A stretch of DNA of 57,565 bases from Candidatus Aquilonibacter sp. (GTDB lineage: Bacteria; Vulcanimicrobiota; Vulcanimicrobiia; Vulcanimicrobiales; Vulcanimicrobiaceae): the NCBI GenBank assembly GCA_049678885.1, contig JBAUEZ010000126.1, positions 1-57,565 of the forward strand, written 5' to 3'. The notes beneath the pieces were generated by a model. The model ran no database searches and was not told the DNA's origin. It saw only the letters and a program-made list of their open reading frames with translations. Positions 1 to 9,000 of the stretch are shown here, one piece after another. Position 1 is the first letter of the stretch. Every line of letters begins with the position of its first letter. Position numbers and translations under genes: made by a program.

Positions 1-475
1 GGATGATGTACGTCAGCGTCTCGTGATGCATCGGCTCGTGTTCGAGAATGTTGTACGCGGCTTGTCCGCGACGCAGTCTTGGCACGGCGGGGTCGATCAG
101 CTTTGCGTTTTGAAGCGCATCGATCACGCGCTCGTCGCAGACGCGCCCGAAAGCTTCGATCTGCGCCCGCGACGGCCAATCCGCGCGCTCGTGAGCGCGC
201 GCTGCATCGGTCGATCCGGGATCGATGCCGCGCTCGAACAGCTTTTCGTACGCTGGATCGATGGGAGTTTGACCGAGCGCGCGCTCGTTGAGCGTCAGAA
301 AGCTAAACGCCGGTAAGTGTCCTTCATAAAAAATGAAGGGGTGACGCAGTGGAATCGGTCGCGCCAGGAACGCGTCGTCGTCGATCAGTGCGAAGAGCTG
401 CGCCGAGCGTTCACGATTGCGCCGGTACCAATCGATGAGCACGCTGCGATTTAAGCCTGGCGTCGTTGAAATCAT
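1..475 (-). CDS. EgtB/OvoA/SUMF1-family sulfoxide-synthase-like protein, N-terminal DinB-like domain (partial; 3' end runs off the left edge)
   Basis: Absent from the ORF track because it has no stop inside the window. Reverse complement from ATG at 475-473 reads MISTTPGLNRSVLIDWYRRNRERSAQLFALIDDDAFLARPIPLRHPFIFYEGHLPAFSF...AYNILEHEPMHHETLTYII with no stop down to position 1. HP-x-IF-x-EGH and HE-x-MH-x-E resemble the metal-binding motifs of the DinB-like domain of EgtB/OvoA-type enzymes. The track ORF 23..316 (+) is antisense to it. Confidence 0.5.
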   Translation of the reverse strand, partial: MISTTPGLNRSVLIDWYRRNRERSAQLFALIDDDAFLARPIPLRHPFIFYEGHLPAFSFLTLNERALGQTPIDPAYEKLFERGIDPGSTDAARAHERADWPSRAQIEAFGRVCDERVIDALQNAKLIDPAVPRLRRGQAAYNILEHEPMHHETLTYII

Positions 476-487
476 AGCCGTCACCCT

Positions 488-3346
488 TTACCCGGATGCG
501 GCGGATGCTTCGCGCCTCCGGATCAAAAAGTCCTCGAACTCGGCAGCCGGCAACGGCGGTGCAACCGCATAGCCTTGAACGATGTCGCAGCTGTGCTCGG
601 CTAGGAACGCAAGCTGAGACATCGTCTCCACGCCCTCGGCAACGACCTTGAGGCCCAGGCTGTGCGCCATGCCGATGACCGTCTTGACAATCGTCTCGTC
701 GAAGACTTCGTGTCCGACGCCGATCACGAACGAGCCGTCGATCTTGAGCACGTCGAGTGCGAAGCGGCGAAGGTATGCAAGCGACGAGTACCCGGTTCCG
801 AAATCGTCGACGGCGATTCGGATGCCTGCGGCCTTGAGATCGCGCACGATGCCGACGGTCTGCGCGGCGTCGGACATCGCGACACTCTCGGTGATCTCAA
901 CTTCAAGAAAGGCGGGATCGAGTTTTGCGTTTTCGAGTGCTTGCAGCACCCGTGCGCGTAGATCGCGTTGATGGAATTGCCGCGCCGAAAGATTGACGGC
1001 GAGTCGCAGCGGTGCCAGCTCCCGGTGCCAACGCTCGACTTGTTTGGCTGCAGTTTCCAGGACCCAATCGCCGAGCGGCACGATCAAGCCCGATATCTCG
1101 GCACTCGGAATGAAGTGCGAGGGTTCGATCAATCCGCTCTTGGGATGATTCCAGCGCAGCAACGCTTCCACGCTGATGATATCGCCGGTGCGGACGTCGA
1201 GCTGCGGTTGGTAGTAGACGACGAATTGATCGTACTCGAGTGCGCGGCGCAGCAGTTTCTCCTGCGAGAGCCGCATGTGAATCGGTGCTTCGAGCGTCGG
1301 GTTGTAGAAGTAGTAGCCGTTGCGTCCGCGGTCTTTGGCGCGGTACATCGCAATGTCGGCGTTCTTGATCAGCGTCTGGTCGTCGCGGCCGTCTTCGGGA
1401 TAGACCGCGATACCGATACTCGCGGAAATGTACTGCTCGTACTCATCCAGCAGAAACGGCTCGCTGACCAGCGCCAAGATGCGTTCGCCGACGTCGCGGA
1501 CGTGCTCGGGGTCGCGGCAGTCGGTGATGAGCACGACGAATTCGTCGCCACCCATCCGCGCGATCGTTGCATCGTCGCCGAGTTCCTTGACCAGCCGTTG
1601 CGCGACCATCTGCAAGAGCCGGTCGCCGCGCGCGTGTCCGAGCGTGTCGTTGACGTCCTTGAAGCGATCGAGGTCGAGGAAGAGCACTGCGACGCGTCCC
1701 AAACGCGATTGAGCCACTTCGATCGCGTCGCGTAACTTCTCGGCCAGAAAGACGCGATTGGGCAGACCCGTGAGCGCATCGAAATAGGCCATTGCGCGTA
1801 AGCGCGCGCGTTGACGGCTGCGATCGATCGTGCCCGCAATCAACGTCGCAATGAGCCCCAAAAGATCGGCATCGGTGGGAGAGAACTCGCGCGTAGCGCC
1901 GGCCGGATCGGCAAAGACCAGCGCGCCGTAGGGCTCGCCGGCGACGTCGAGCCGCATCGCAACGCCGTTGCGGAACGGCACGGGGATCGCCGCACCGGGG
2001 AGCGACGCTACATTTTTCGCCATCGCGATGATCTCGTCGTCGGCAATGGTGTCGGCGCTCGGTTCGCGATAGATGGCTTCGATGCGCGGGGTGCCGTTGG
2101 TCATCTCGACGACCGCACCGAGCGTAAGATCGCATGCGTGACAGCCCATCTCGAGCGAGGCGCGCATGCGCACGTCGGGATAGTCGCCGCTCGCCGCAAT
2201 GAAGTACAAGTTGCGGATGCGTAGGTTCTGCATCTCGGCATGCCGCTCGGCCGTGCGCCGCTCAGTAATATCTTGCAAGACGCCGTACACTCCGACGCGC
2301 TCGCCGCCCTTGTACTGGGGGATGAACGTGATCTCGAGTTCGATCGGCAACCCGCCGGCATCGGGCGCTTCGAGGTTGAATGAGACCGGGTGTCCGCCAA
2401 GCGCGCGCGTGAACGCGGCCAAGGTGCGCTCGCGTTCGTGCTCGGGCACGACCTCGTGGAAGTGCGCGCCCAGCACACTTTCGCGCGCGAAACCGCTGAT
2501 GCGCATCGCCGCGTCGTTGACGTCGATGACCGTGCCGGCGCTGTTCATCGAGAGCACACCATCGGGATTGTGCTCGAAGAGCGAGCGTAGTGCGCTTTCC
2601 GCGGCGCGCTGTTCGGTTTCGTCGCGGCAGATCGCATAGGCGCCCTCGATCTTGCCGTCCCGATACATCGGAATCGACGTGACCGCGACATCGAGTGGTT
2701 CGCCTTGCAGCGTTCGCACGCGGGAGTGATAGAAGAGCGTCTCGCCCTGGAGCGTGCGATCGAGGTATTCTTGGTGCTTGGCTACATCTTGCGGATCGAG
2801 AAATGCCGTGTAGTGCAAGCCGATAATCGCCTCGGGTGGGGCGAGGCGCCGAACCGAGTCGTTGACGTCGATAACGTAGCCCTCGCGGTCCCAAACCGCG
2901 ACGATATCCGGATTGTACTCGAAGAGCGAGCGAAAGCGCTCCTCGCTCTCGGCGAGCGCGTTCTGCGCGGTGAGTGAATCGGTGATGTCTTCGGCGTAGG
3001 AGAGCGCATGATACATGGTGCTGTCTTGGACGGCGAACGTCGTCCAGCGGCAAATGCGGACCTCCCCGTTTGAGCGGTGGTTGCGATTGACGCTGACGAG
3101 GGTACGAATACCGTCGAGACCGTCGAGCCGCTGCTGCACCTCGCGCACGATCGACTTATCGTCTTCTGCGACAAAATCGAACTCGTCAATCGTTTTCCCG
3201 AGTACGTCGTCGGCGACGAAACCGAACATGTCGGCCGCGCGCGCCGACCAGTACGTTACGCGATAGCCGGCATCCCACGCGATGATCGCGAGCGGTGAGC
3301 GCGAGAGTAGTTCGTCGAGGAGACGGAGGTCGCGTTCACCGAGCAT
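488..3346 (-). CDS. Multi-PAS / GAF sensor diguanylate cyclase-phosphodiesterase (GGDEF-EAL)
   Basis: 952-aa ORF with an ATG start. Three PAS-like blocks and a GAF-like region are followed by an intact GGDEF motif (ARMGGDEFVVL) and an EAL domain (VEALLRW, DDFGTGYSSL, KIDGSFV). Confidence 0.9.
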   Translation of the reverse strand: MLGERDLRLLDELLSRSPLAIIAWDAGYRVTYWSARAADMFGFVADDVLGKTIDEFDFVAEDDKSIVREVQQRLDGLDGIRTLVSVNRNHRSNGEVRICRWTTFAVQDSTMYHALSYAEDITDSLTAQNALAESEERFRSLFEYNPDIVAVWDREGYVIDVNDSVRRLAPPEAIIGLHYTAFLDPQDVAKHQEYLDRTLQGETLFYHSRVRTLQGEPLDVAVTSIPMYRDGKIEGAYAICRDETEQRAAESALRSLFEHNPDGVLSMNSAGTVIDVNDAAMRISGFARESVLGAHFHEVVPEHERERTLAAFTRALGGHPVSFNLEAPDAGGLPIELEITFIPQYKGGERVGVYGVLQDITERRTAERHAEMQNLRIRNLYFIAASGDYPDVRMRASLEMGCHACDLTLGAVVEMTNGTPRIEAIYREPSADTIADDEIIAMAKNVASLPGAAIPVPFRNGVAMRLDVAGEPYGALVFADPAGATREFSPTDADLLGLIATLIAGTIDRSRQRARLRAMAYFDALTGLPNRVFLAEKLRDAIEVAQSRLGRVAVLFLDLDRFKDVNDTLGHARGDRLLQMVAQRLVKELGDDATIARMGGDEFVVLITDCRDPEHVRDVGERILALVSEPFLLDEYEQYISASIGIAVYPEDGRDDQTLIKNADIAMYRAKDRGRNGYYFYNPTLEAPIHMRLSQEKLLRRALEYDQFVVYYQPQLDVRTGDIISVEALLRWNHPKSGLIEPSHFIPSAEISGLIVPLGDWVLETAAKQVERWHRELAPLRLAVNLSARQFHQRDLRARVLQALENAKLDPAFLEVEITESVAMSDAAQTVGIVRDLKAAGIRIAVDDFGTGYSSLAYLRRFALDVLKIDGSFVIGVGHEVFDETIVKTVIGMAHSLGLKVVAEGVETMSQLAFLAEHSCDIVQGYAVAPPLPAAEFEDFLIRRREASAASG

Positions 3347-3360
3347 TTAGGGTCACTGAG

Positions 3361-4803
3361 TTAGTGCGCCAAGTACTCAAAGAGCCCGTGAACGCCGCCT
3401 TCGCGACCGAAGCCGGATTCGCGGTAGCCACCGAACGGCGAACTTGGATCGAACTGGTTGAACGTGTTGCACCACACGACGCCTGCACGCAGCCGCTGGG
3501 CGACCCACATGTTCTTGCTGCCCTTTTCCGTCCATATGCCGGCCGAGAGACCGTAGGGCGTGTTGTTGGCTTTCTCAACCGCTTCGTCGGGCGTGCGGAA
3601 GGTCAAGATTGAGAGCACCGGCCCGAAGATCTCTTCGCGCGCGATGCGGTGCGTGGGATGCACGTTCGAGAAGAACGACGCCGGGAAGAAGAAGCCGCGC
3701 GCCGGGAGATCGCATTGCTGTTGTACCAGCGTCGCGCCCTGCTCCACGCCGCTGCGCACCAGCTCCTCGATCTTTTCGAGTTGCGCGCGCGAATTGATTG
3801 CACCGATGTCGGTGTTCTTGTCGAGCGGGTCGCCGAGTCGCAGCGTTTGCAACCGCTCGGTGAGCCGCACAACGATCTCGTCGTGCACGCGCTCTTCAAC
3901 GAGGAGCCGCGAACCGGCACAACACACGTGCCCCTGATTGAAATAGATGCCGTTGACGATACCTTCGATCGCCTGATCCATCGGTGCGTCCGCGAAGACG
4001 ATGTGCGCGGCTTTGCCCCCAAGTTCGAGCGTGAGGCGCTTATCGGTTCCTCCAAGACGTCGCGCGATGATCTTGCCGACCTCGGTTGAGCCGGTAAACG
4101 CGATCTTATCGACGTCGGGATGTTCGACCAACGACGCGCCTGTCGCGCCGTCGCCGGTGATGACGTTAACGACGCCGGGCGGAAGATCGGCTTCTTCGAT
4201 GATCTGGGCCAGGGCGAGCGCCGTGAGCGGCGTGGTTTCAGCCGGCTTGAGGACGACCGTGTTCCCGCAGGCCAGCGCCGGCGCAATCTTCCACGCGGCC
4301 ATGAGCAACGGGAAGTTCCACGGTACGATCTGTCCGCAGACGCCGAGCGACTGCGGCTCGCGTCCCGCGCGCATCACCCATTCGAGTTTGTCGGCCCAGC
4401 CCGCATTATAGAAGAAGTGCGCCGCTGCGGCCGGGATGTCGAAATCGCGCGATTCTTTGATCGGCTTGCCGCCGTCCATCGTCTCGAGGACGGCGAGTTC
4501 ACGCGAGCGCTCGGTGATCGCGCGCGCAATACGGTAGATATATTTGGCGCGATCGGCCGGCTTGAGCTTGCGCCAGTACTTGTCGTAGGCTTTGCGCGCC
4601 GCCCGTACTGCGCGATCGACATCGGCTTCGTTAGCGTACGCGACGCGGGCGAGCGTCGTTTCGCTGGCTGGATTTACCGTCTCGAAGTACGCGCCGCTTT
4701 GGGGCGCCGACCAGCGGCCGTCGATAAACAGCCCGTAGACTTCGCGAATCTGAGGGCGCACGCTCTCCGGCGCCGGAGCGTAGTCGAAGATCGCCATCAT
4801 CAA
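3361..4803 (-). CDS. NAD(P)+-dependent aldehyde dehydrogenase family protein
   Basis: 480 aa with ALDH hallmarks: VPWNFPL, FTGSTEVGK, ELGGK, catalytic Cys context NQGHVCCAGSR, EEIFGPV. Its start overlaps the deoC stop by 4 nt. Confidence 0.9.
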   Translation of the reverse strand: MMMAIFDYAPAPESVRPQIREVYGLFIDGRWSAPQSGAYFETVNPASETTLARVAYANEADVDRAVRAARKAYDKYWRKLKPADRAKYIYRIARAITERSRELAVLETMDGGKPIKESRDFDIPAAAAHFFYNAGWADKLEWVMRAGREPQSLGVCGQIVPWNFPLLMAAWKIAPALACGNTVVLKPAETTPLTALALAQIIEEADLPPGVVNVITGDGATGASLVEHPDVDKIAFTGSTEVGKIIARRLGGTDKRLTLELGGKAAHIVFADAPMDQAIEGIVNGIYFNQGHVCCAGSRLLVEERVHDEIVVRLTERLQTLRLGDPLDKNTDIGAINSRAQLEKIEELVRSGVEQGATLVQQQCDLPARGFFFPASFFSNVHPTHRIAREEIFGPVLSILTFRTPDEAVEKANNTPYGLSAGIWTEKGSKNMWVAQRLRAGVVWCNTFNQFDPSSPFGGYRESGFGREGGVHGLFEYLAH

Positions 4804-5699
4804 TCCTTTGGAATATAATCGGTGCCCGCGTAGTGGCCCGTTTCTTCCTTTTCAAGCTGCATGAGCAGATCGTCGAGGAGTGAGCTCGCGCCTATGCGGA
4901 AGCGGTCGGGGTTCAGCCAAGTATCACCAAGCGTTTCCTTGACGATCACGAGATAGGTCAACGCCTGCTTGGTCGTCCGCACGCCGCCGGCGACCTTCAG
5001 TCCACGCCGTTCACCGGTACGCCGCGCGAAATCGCGAATCGCTTCGCACATTACGAGCGCGCTTGGAAACGTCGCATTGGTACCCACTTTGCCGGTCGAC
5101 GTCTTAATCACGTCCGCGCCGGCTTCGAGCGCGAGATCGCTCGCGCGCCGAATGTTGTCGTACGTTCCGAGTTCGCCGGTTTCGAGAATGACTTTGAGAT
5201 GCGCACTCGAGCCGCAAAGTTGTTTGACCGCGACGATCTCGCCGAAAACCAATCCTTCGTCGCCGGAGAGGAAGGCGCCGCGATCGATCACCATATCAAT
5301 CTCATCGGCACCTGAAGCTAAAGCTGCAGCCGTATCGGCAAGTTTGACCTCGAGACTAGAGAGGCCGCTCGGGAAGGCCGTGGCTACCGAGGCAACTTTG
5401 ACGGTCGTGCCGCGTAGCGCCTCTTTGGCGACCGGCACGAGGTTGGGGTAGACGCAGACCGCCGCGACGCTCGGCACGTTGGGCCAGCCGGGTCGCGGAT
5501 TAACCGCCTTCGCGCAGAGCGAGCGCACGCGCCCGTGTGAATCTTTGCCTTCGAGCGTCGTGAGATCGATGCACCGGATTGCGAGCGTTATGCCTTCGAG
5601 CTTGGCCGACGTCTTGATCGAACGCTTCGCGAGCGCAGCCGCGCGCGATTCGAGCATGACCGCATCGACGCTGACACTGGGGCCTACGAGCGTTGGCAT
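4800..5699 (-). CDS. deoC: Deoxyribose-phosphate aldolase (long DERA-type form)
   Basis: 299 aa. Motifs IDLTTLEG, VCVYP, DEIDMVI, Schiff-base Lys context HLKVILETGEL, and VIKTSTGK with KVAGGVRT are typical of DeoC/DERA class I aldolases. Confidence 0.8.
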   Translation of the reverse strand: MPTLVGPSVSVDAVMLESRAAALAKRSIKTSAKLEGITLAIRCIDLTTLEGKDSHGRVRSLCAKAVNPRPGWPNVPSVAAVCVYPNLVPVAKEALRGTTVKVASVATAFPSGLSSLEVKLADTAAALASGADEIDMVIDRGAFLSGDEGLVFGEIVAVKQLCGSSAHLKVILETGELGTYDNIRRASDLALEAGADVIKTSTGKVGTNATFPSALVMCEAIRDFARRTGERRGLKVAGGVRTTKQALTYLVIVKETLGDTWLNPDRFRIGASSLLDDLLMQLEKEETGHYAGTDYIPKD

Positions 5700-5706
5700 G
5701 CCGGGC

Positions 5707-6822
5707 CTAGAGCGTTCCGCGCTTTTCTTGTTCTTTTTCGATCGAAACGAAGAGCGCCTTGAAGTTGCCCTTTCCGAACGAGAGGCTGCCCTTACGTTGA
5801 ATGATTTCGAAAAACACGGTCGGGCGATCTTGCAGCGGCTTCGTGAAGATCTGCAGCATGTAGCCGAGATCGTCGCGATCGACCAGGATGCGCCGTTCGC
5901 GCAGCACGTCCAGTGCTTCGTCGATCTTGCCTACACGCTCGCCGAGCATCTCGTAGTAGCTATCCGGCGTGTCGAGAAATTCGACGCCGTTATAGCGTAG
6001 CGCATCGATCGTCGCGACGATGTCGTCGGTGCGGATCGCGATATGTTGCACGCCCGAGCCACGATAGAATTCGAGATACTCCTCGATCTGCGATTTCTTC
6101 TTGCCTTGCGCCGGCTCGTTGATCGGGAACTTCACTTGGTGCCGCGGGTCGCTCATCACTTTCGACTTGAGCGCCGTGTATTCGGTCGAGATGTCCTTGT
6201 CGTCGAACGACACGAGCTGTGAAAAGCCGAAGACGCGAGCGTAGAAGTCGCCCCATGCGTCCATCTCGCCCCAGCCGACGTTACCGACGCAATGGTCGAT
6301 GAACTGCAGCCCGGTCTTCTTGCTTCCCGGAAGGGTGCGATGGGCCTCGACGTACCCGGGCATGAACGGCCCGGTGTAGCCGCTGCGCTGGATGAACGTG
6401 TGCACGGTGTCGCCGTAGGCGGCGATCGTGGCGCGGACGATGCGGCCGCTGTCGTCCGAAAGTTCGACCGGAGCGCTCACCGATTTTGCGCCGCCGGCAA
6501 TAGCGCGTTCGTACGCAGCGCGCGCATCTTCGACGACGATTGCAATATCTTTGACGCCATCGCCGTGCAGCGACACGTGACGAGAGATTTCGCTTTGCGG
6601 ATCCAAACTTGCCGTGATGACGAAGCGCAGATTGTTCTGCTCGAGCACGTAGCTCGCGCGATCTTTTATTCCGGTCTCCGGTCCCGCGTACGCGACCTGA
6701 TCGAAACCGAATGCCGACATGTAAAAATGCGCAGCTTGTTTTGCGTTCCCGACGTAGAACTCGACGTAGTCCCAGTCGATGCGCGCCAGTGGATTGCTGC
6801 GCGCCTCGATGCTCGTACTCAT
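5707..6822 (-). CDS. hppD: 4-hydroxyphenylpyruvate dioxygenase
   Basis: 371 aa, two VOC/glyoxalase-like halves. FIDHCVGNV, GVQHIAIRTDDIV, LQIFTKP and FFEIIQRKG...FGKGNFKALF at the C-terminus are HppD signatures. Confidence 0.9.
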   Translation of the reverse strand: MSTSIEARSNPLARIDWDYVEFYVGNAKQAAHFYMSAFGFDQVAYAGPETGIKDRASYVLEQNNLRFVITASLDPQSEISRHVSLHGDGVKDIAIVVEDARAAYERAIAGGAKSVSAPVELSDDSGRIVRATIAAYGDTVHTFIQRSGYTGPFMPGYVEAHRTLPGSKKTGLQFIDHCVGNVGWGEMDAWGDFYARVFGFSQLVSFDDKDISTEYTALKSKVMSDPRHQVKFPINEPAQGKKKSQIEEYLEFYRGSGVQHIAIRTDDIVATIDALRYNGVEFLDTPDSYYEMLGERVGKIDEALDVLRERRILVDRDDLGYMLQIFTKPLQDRPTVFFEIIQRKGSLSFGKGNFKALFVSIEKEQEKRGTL

Positions 6823-6874
6823 GCTGGAGGGCTTGGCGAAGCCTCGGGAGGGGCCCTGTCGAACAACGGTAATC

Positions 6875-7696
6875 GTGACGACTCTTGCCCCAACCGGCGC
6901 CGTGCGCGCCGCCCTCGAGTGCTTGATCGACTATGCTGGTCTGTTTCCGCCTGCAAATCTGCCGATCGGTGCCGCGCTTACTGAATACGAGCAGGCACGG
7001 GAAGGCGTCGCCTCCTGGATGCTCTCGCGCTTTATCGTGAAAGCCGCCGACCTCGATGCGCTGCGTGCACGCGCTGCAGGAAGCAAAAGCATCGAGCTGA
7101 CGGTTATTGCACCGCCCGCGATGTTCGAAGCGGTAGCTGCTGCGCGCCGCGACGGTTGGGCGACGATCGCGAGTCTCGAGGTTCCGCTTGGTGACGGCGC
7201 GATCGACGCGTGCGCGCGGTCGGCGCGCGCGACGCAGGTCGATGACCTGCCGACGTACGTCGAACTCTCGCGAGGCCGCTTAGCGATGGACGAACTCGCG
7301 CAGCGGGGCCTCGGTGCGAAACTGCGCTGTGGCGGCGTGGAAGCGTCGGCATATCCCTCGGTGCACGAGGTCGCCACCTTTATCGCCGCCGCGGTCGACG
7401 CCGGCGTGCCATTCAAGGCGACCGCAGGCCTCCACCATCCTGTCCGCCATTTCAATGAAGGCGCGGGTGTAGCAATGCATGGCTTCCTTAATGTGTTGCT
7501 GGCGGCGGCCCGTGCGGGCGACGTCAGCCAAGACGAGCTGGATGCCACGATCGCCGAGCAAGATCCGGCTGCGCTGCCCCTGCGCGACGAGGCGCTGCTA
7601 CGCCGCGGCCGGGAGCGCTTCGTCTCCTACGGAAGCTGCAGCTTCGACGAACCGGTTGCCGATCTTCGCGCGCTACACGTGCTTCCCGCGGAATAG
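6875..7696 (+). CDS. Conserved-looking hypothetical protein, no family recognised; 5 nt upstream of fahA
   Basis: The track ORF starts at 6779, which would overlap the divergent hppD start (6822), so I prefer the in-frame GTG at 6875; the start is uncertain. Coding-like composition. His-rich motifs: KLRCGG, FKATAGLHHPVRH, HGFLN, YGSCSFDEP. Confidence 0.55.
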   Translation: MTTLAPTGAVRAALECLIDYAGLFPPANLPIGAALTEYEQAREGVASWMLSRFIVKAADLDALRARAAGSKSIELTVIAPPAMFEAVAAARRDGWATIASLEVPLGDGAIDACARSARATQVDDLPTYVELSRGRLAMDELAQRGLGAKLRCGGVEASAYPSVHEVATFIAAAVDAGVPFKATAGLHHPVRHFNEGAGVAMHGFLNVLLAAARAGDVSQDELDATIAEQDPAALPLRDEALLRRGRERFVSYGSCSFDEPVADLRALHVLPAE

Positions 7697-7701
7697 CTCC
7701 G

Positions 7702-9000
7702 ATGCCGCACATCGACTCGTGGGTTCCGGTTCCAGCCGGCAGTGACTTCACGATCTACAATCTGCCCTACGGCGCGTTCGTGCGTGGCGGACGAACGCAT
7801 CTCGGCGTGGCGATCGGCACGCGCATCCTTGACCTGTATGCGCTCGCCGATGCCGGGTTGCTCGACAACGCAAAGCTCGACAATGCAAAGCTCGACAATG
7901 TAAGCCCGCGCGAGCTGCTTCAAGCAGAATCGCTCAACCCGTTCCTCGCCGCAGGTCCGCAACTCTGGAAGAAGGTGCGGCTGCACATCGCCGCGCTGCT
8001 GCGCAGTGACGATCGCGGCGATCCGAGCTTGCGCGAGCGTAGCAACGACGCGTTCTTCGTCGAACAAGCGGACGCAACAATGGTCGTCCCGATGGAAATC
8101 GGCGATTACGTTGATTTCTATTCCTCGCTCGAACACGCAACCAATTTAGGGAAGATCCTACGTCCGAATTCCGAACCGCTGCTCCCAAATTGGCGGCACA
8201 TGCCGATCGCCTATCATGGGCGCGCGAGCACGATCGTTATCGACGGCACCCCGATCGTACGGCCAAGCGGCCAACGAAAGCCCGCAGGTACGGACGCACC
8301 GGTTTTCGGTCCGACGCAGCGGCTCGATATCGAGCTCGAGGTCGGTTTTGTTACCGGGCCAGGCAATCTGCTCGGTCAGCCGATCCGCGCTGCCGCCGCC
8401 CGCGAACACATCTTCGGCATGGTCCTCGTCAACGACTGGAGCGCACGCGACATTCAAGCGTGGGAATATCAGCCGCTCGGGCCATTCCTGGGCAAATCAT
8501 TTGCGACCACGATCTCACCTTGGATCGTGACCATGGACGCGCTCGAGCCATTTCGCATCGGCGGTCCGAAACAAGACCCGCAACCGCTGCCGTACCTGCA
8601 GACGAGCGACCGCGCTGCGTACGACATCAAACTCGAAGTCGAGCTCTCGTCGGAGGCAATGCGGAAGTCGGGTGTCGCGCCGGTGACGGTCTCGCGCACG
8701 AACTTCAAAGAACTCTATTGGAACATGGCGCAGCAGCTCGCCCATGTAACCGTAAACGGCACACAGATTCGTCCCGGCGATCTCTACGCGTCAGGGACGA
8801 TTAGCGGCAGCGCGCCTGACTCGCGCGGCAGCTTTATCGAACTCACGTGGAATGCAACCCAGCCGATCAGCCTGCCGAGCGGCGAGGTGCGCGGTTTTCT
8901 TCAGGACGGAGATGAGGTAGCGTTACGCGGGTGGTGCGAGCAGGGTGACTTTCGCATCGGCTTGGGCAGCGCTCGCGGAAGGATCGTCGCAGCTCGTTAG
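7702..9000 (+). CDS. fahA: Fumarylacetoacetase (fumarylacetoacetate hydrolase)
   Basis: 432 aa. N-terminal SWVPV..SDFTIYNLPYGAF, then DYVDFYSS, HMPIAYHGRASTIV, LDIELEVG, FGMVLVNDWSARDIQ.WEY.PLGPF.GK match eukaryote-type FAH. Confidence 0.9.
   Translation: MPHIDSWVPVPAGSDFTIYNLPYGAFVRGGRTHLGVAIGTRILDLYALADAGLLDNAKLDNAKLDNVSPRELLQAESLNPFLAAGPQLWKKVRLHIAALLRSDDRGDPSLRERSNDAFFVEQADATMVVPMEIGDYVDFYSSLEHATNLGKILRPNSEPLLPNWRHMPIAYHGRASTIVIDGTPIVRPSGQRKPAGTDAPVFGPTQRLDIELEVGFVTGPGNLLGQPIRAAAAREHIFGMVLVNDWSARDIQAWEYQPLGPFLGKSFATTISPWIVTMDALEPFRIGGPKQDPQPLPYLQTSDRAAYDIKLEVELSSEAMRKSGVAPVTVSRTNFKELYWNMAQQLAHVTVNGTQIRPGDLYASGTISGSAPDSRGSFIELTWNATQPISLPSGEVRGFLQDGDEVALRGWCEQGDFRIGLGSARGRIVAAR
7861..7905 (+). 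repeat. 3 x 15-bp in-frame tandem repeat inside fahA (LDNAK-LDNAK-LDNVS)
   Basis: ctcgacaacgcaaag / ctcgacaatgcaaag / ctcgacaatgtaagc, read directly. Confidence 0.9.

Noticed and set aside
23-316. Track ORFs 23..316 and 79..291 (+) at the left edge.
   Set aside because: Both are antisense to a much more convincing open frame (the EgtB-like N-terminal DinB domain) that the track could not report because it lacks a stop inside the window.
968-3053. Many long ORFs antisense to, or out of frame with, the GGDEF-EAL gene (for example 968..1735, 1443..2135, 2262..3053). Similar ones occur throughout the window (34339..35064, 43886..44620, 54247..55296, 55477..56097, 10592..11455, and others).
   Set aside because: Their translations are Arg/Ala/Pro/Gly-rich low-complexity strings with no motifs. 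They fully overlap genes with clear family signatures. This is the usual stop-codon-poor artefact of GC-rich DNA.
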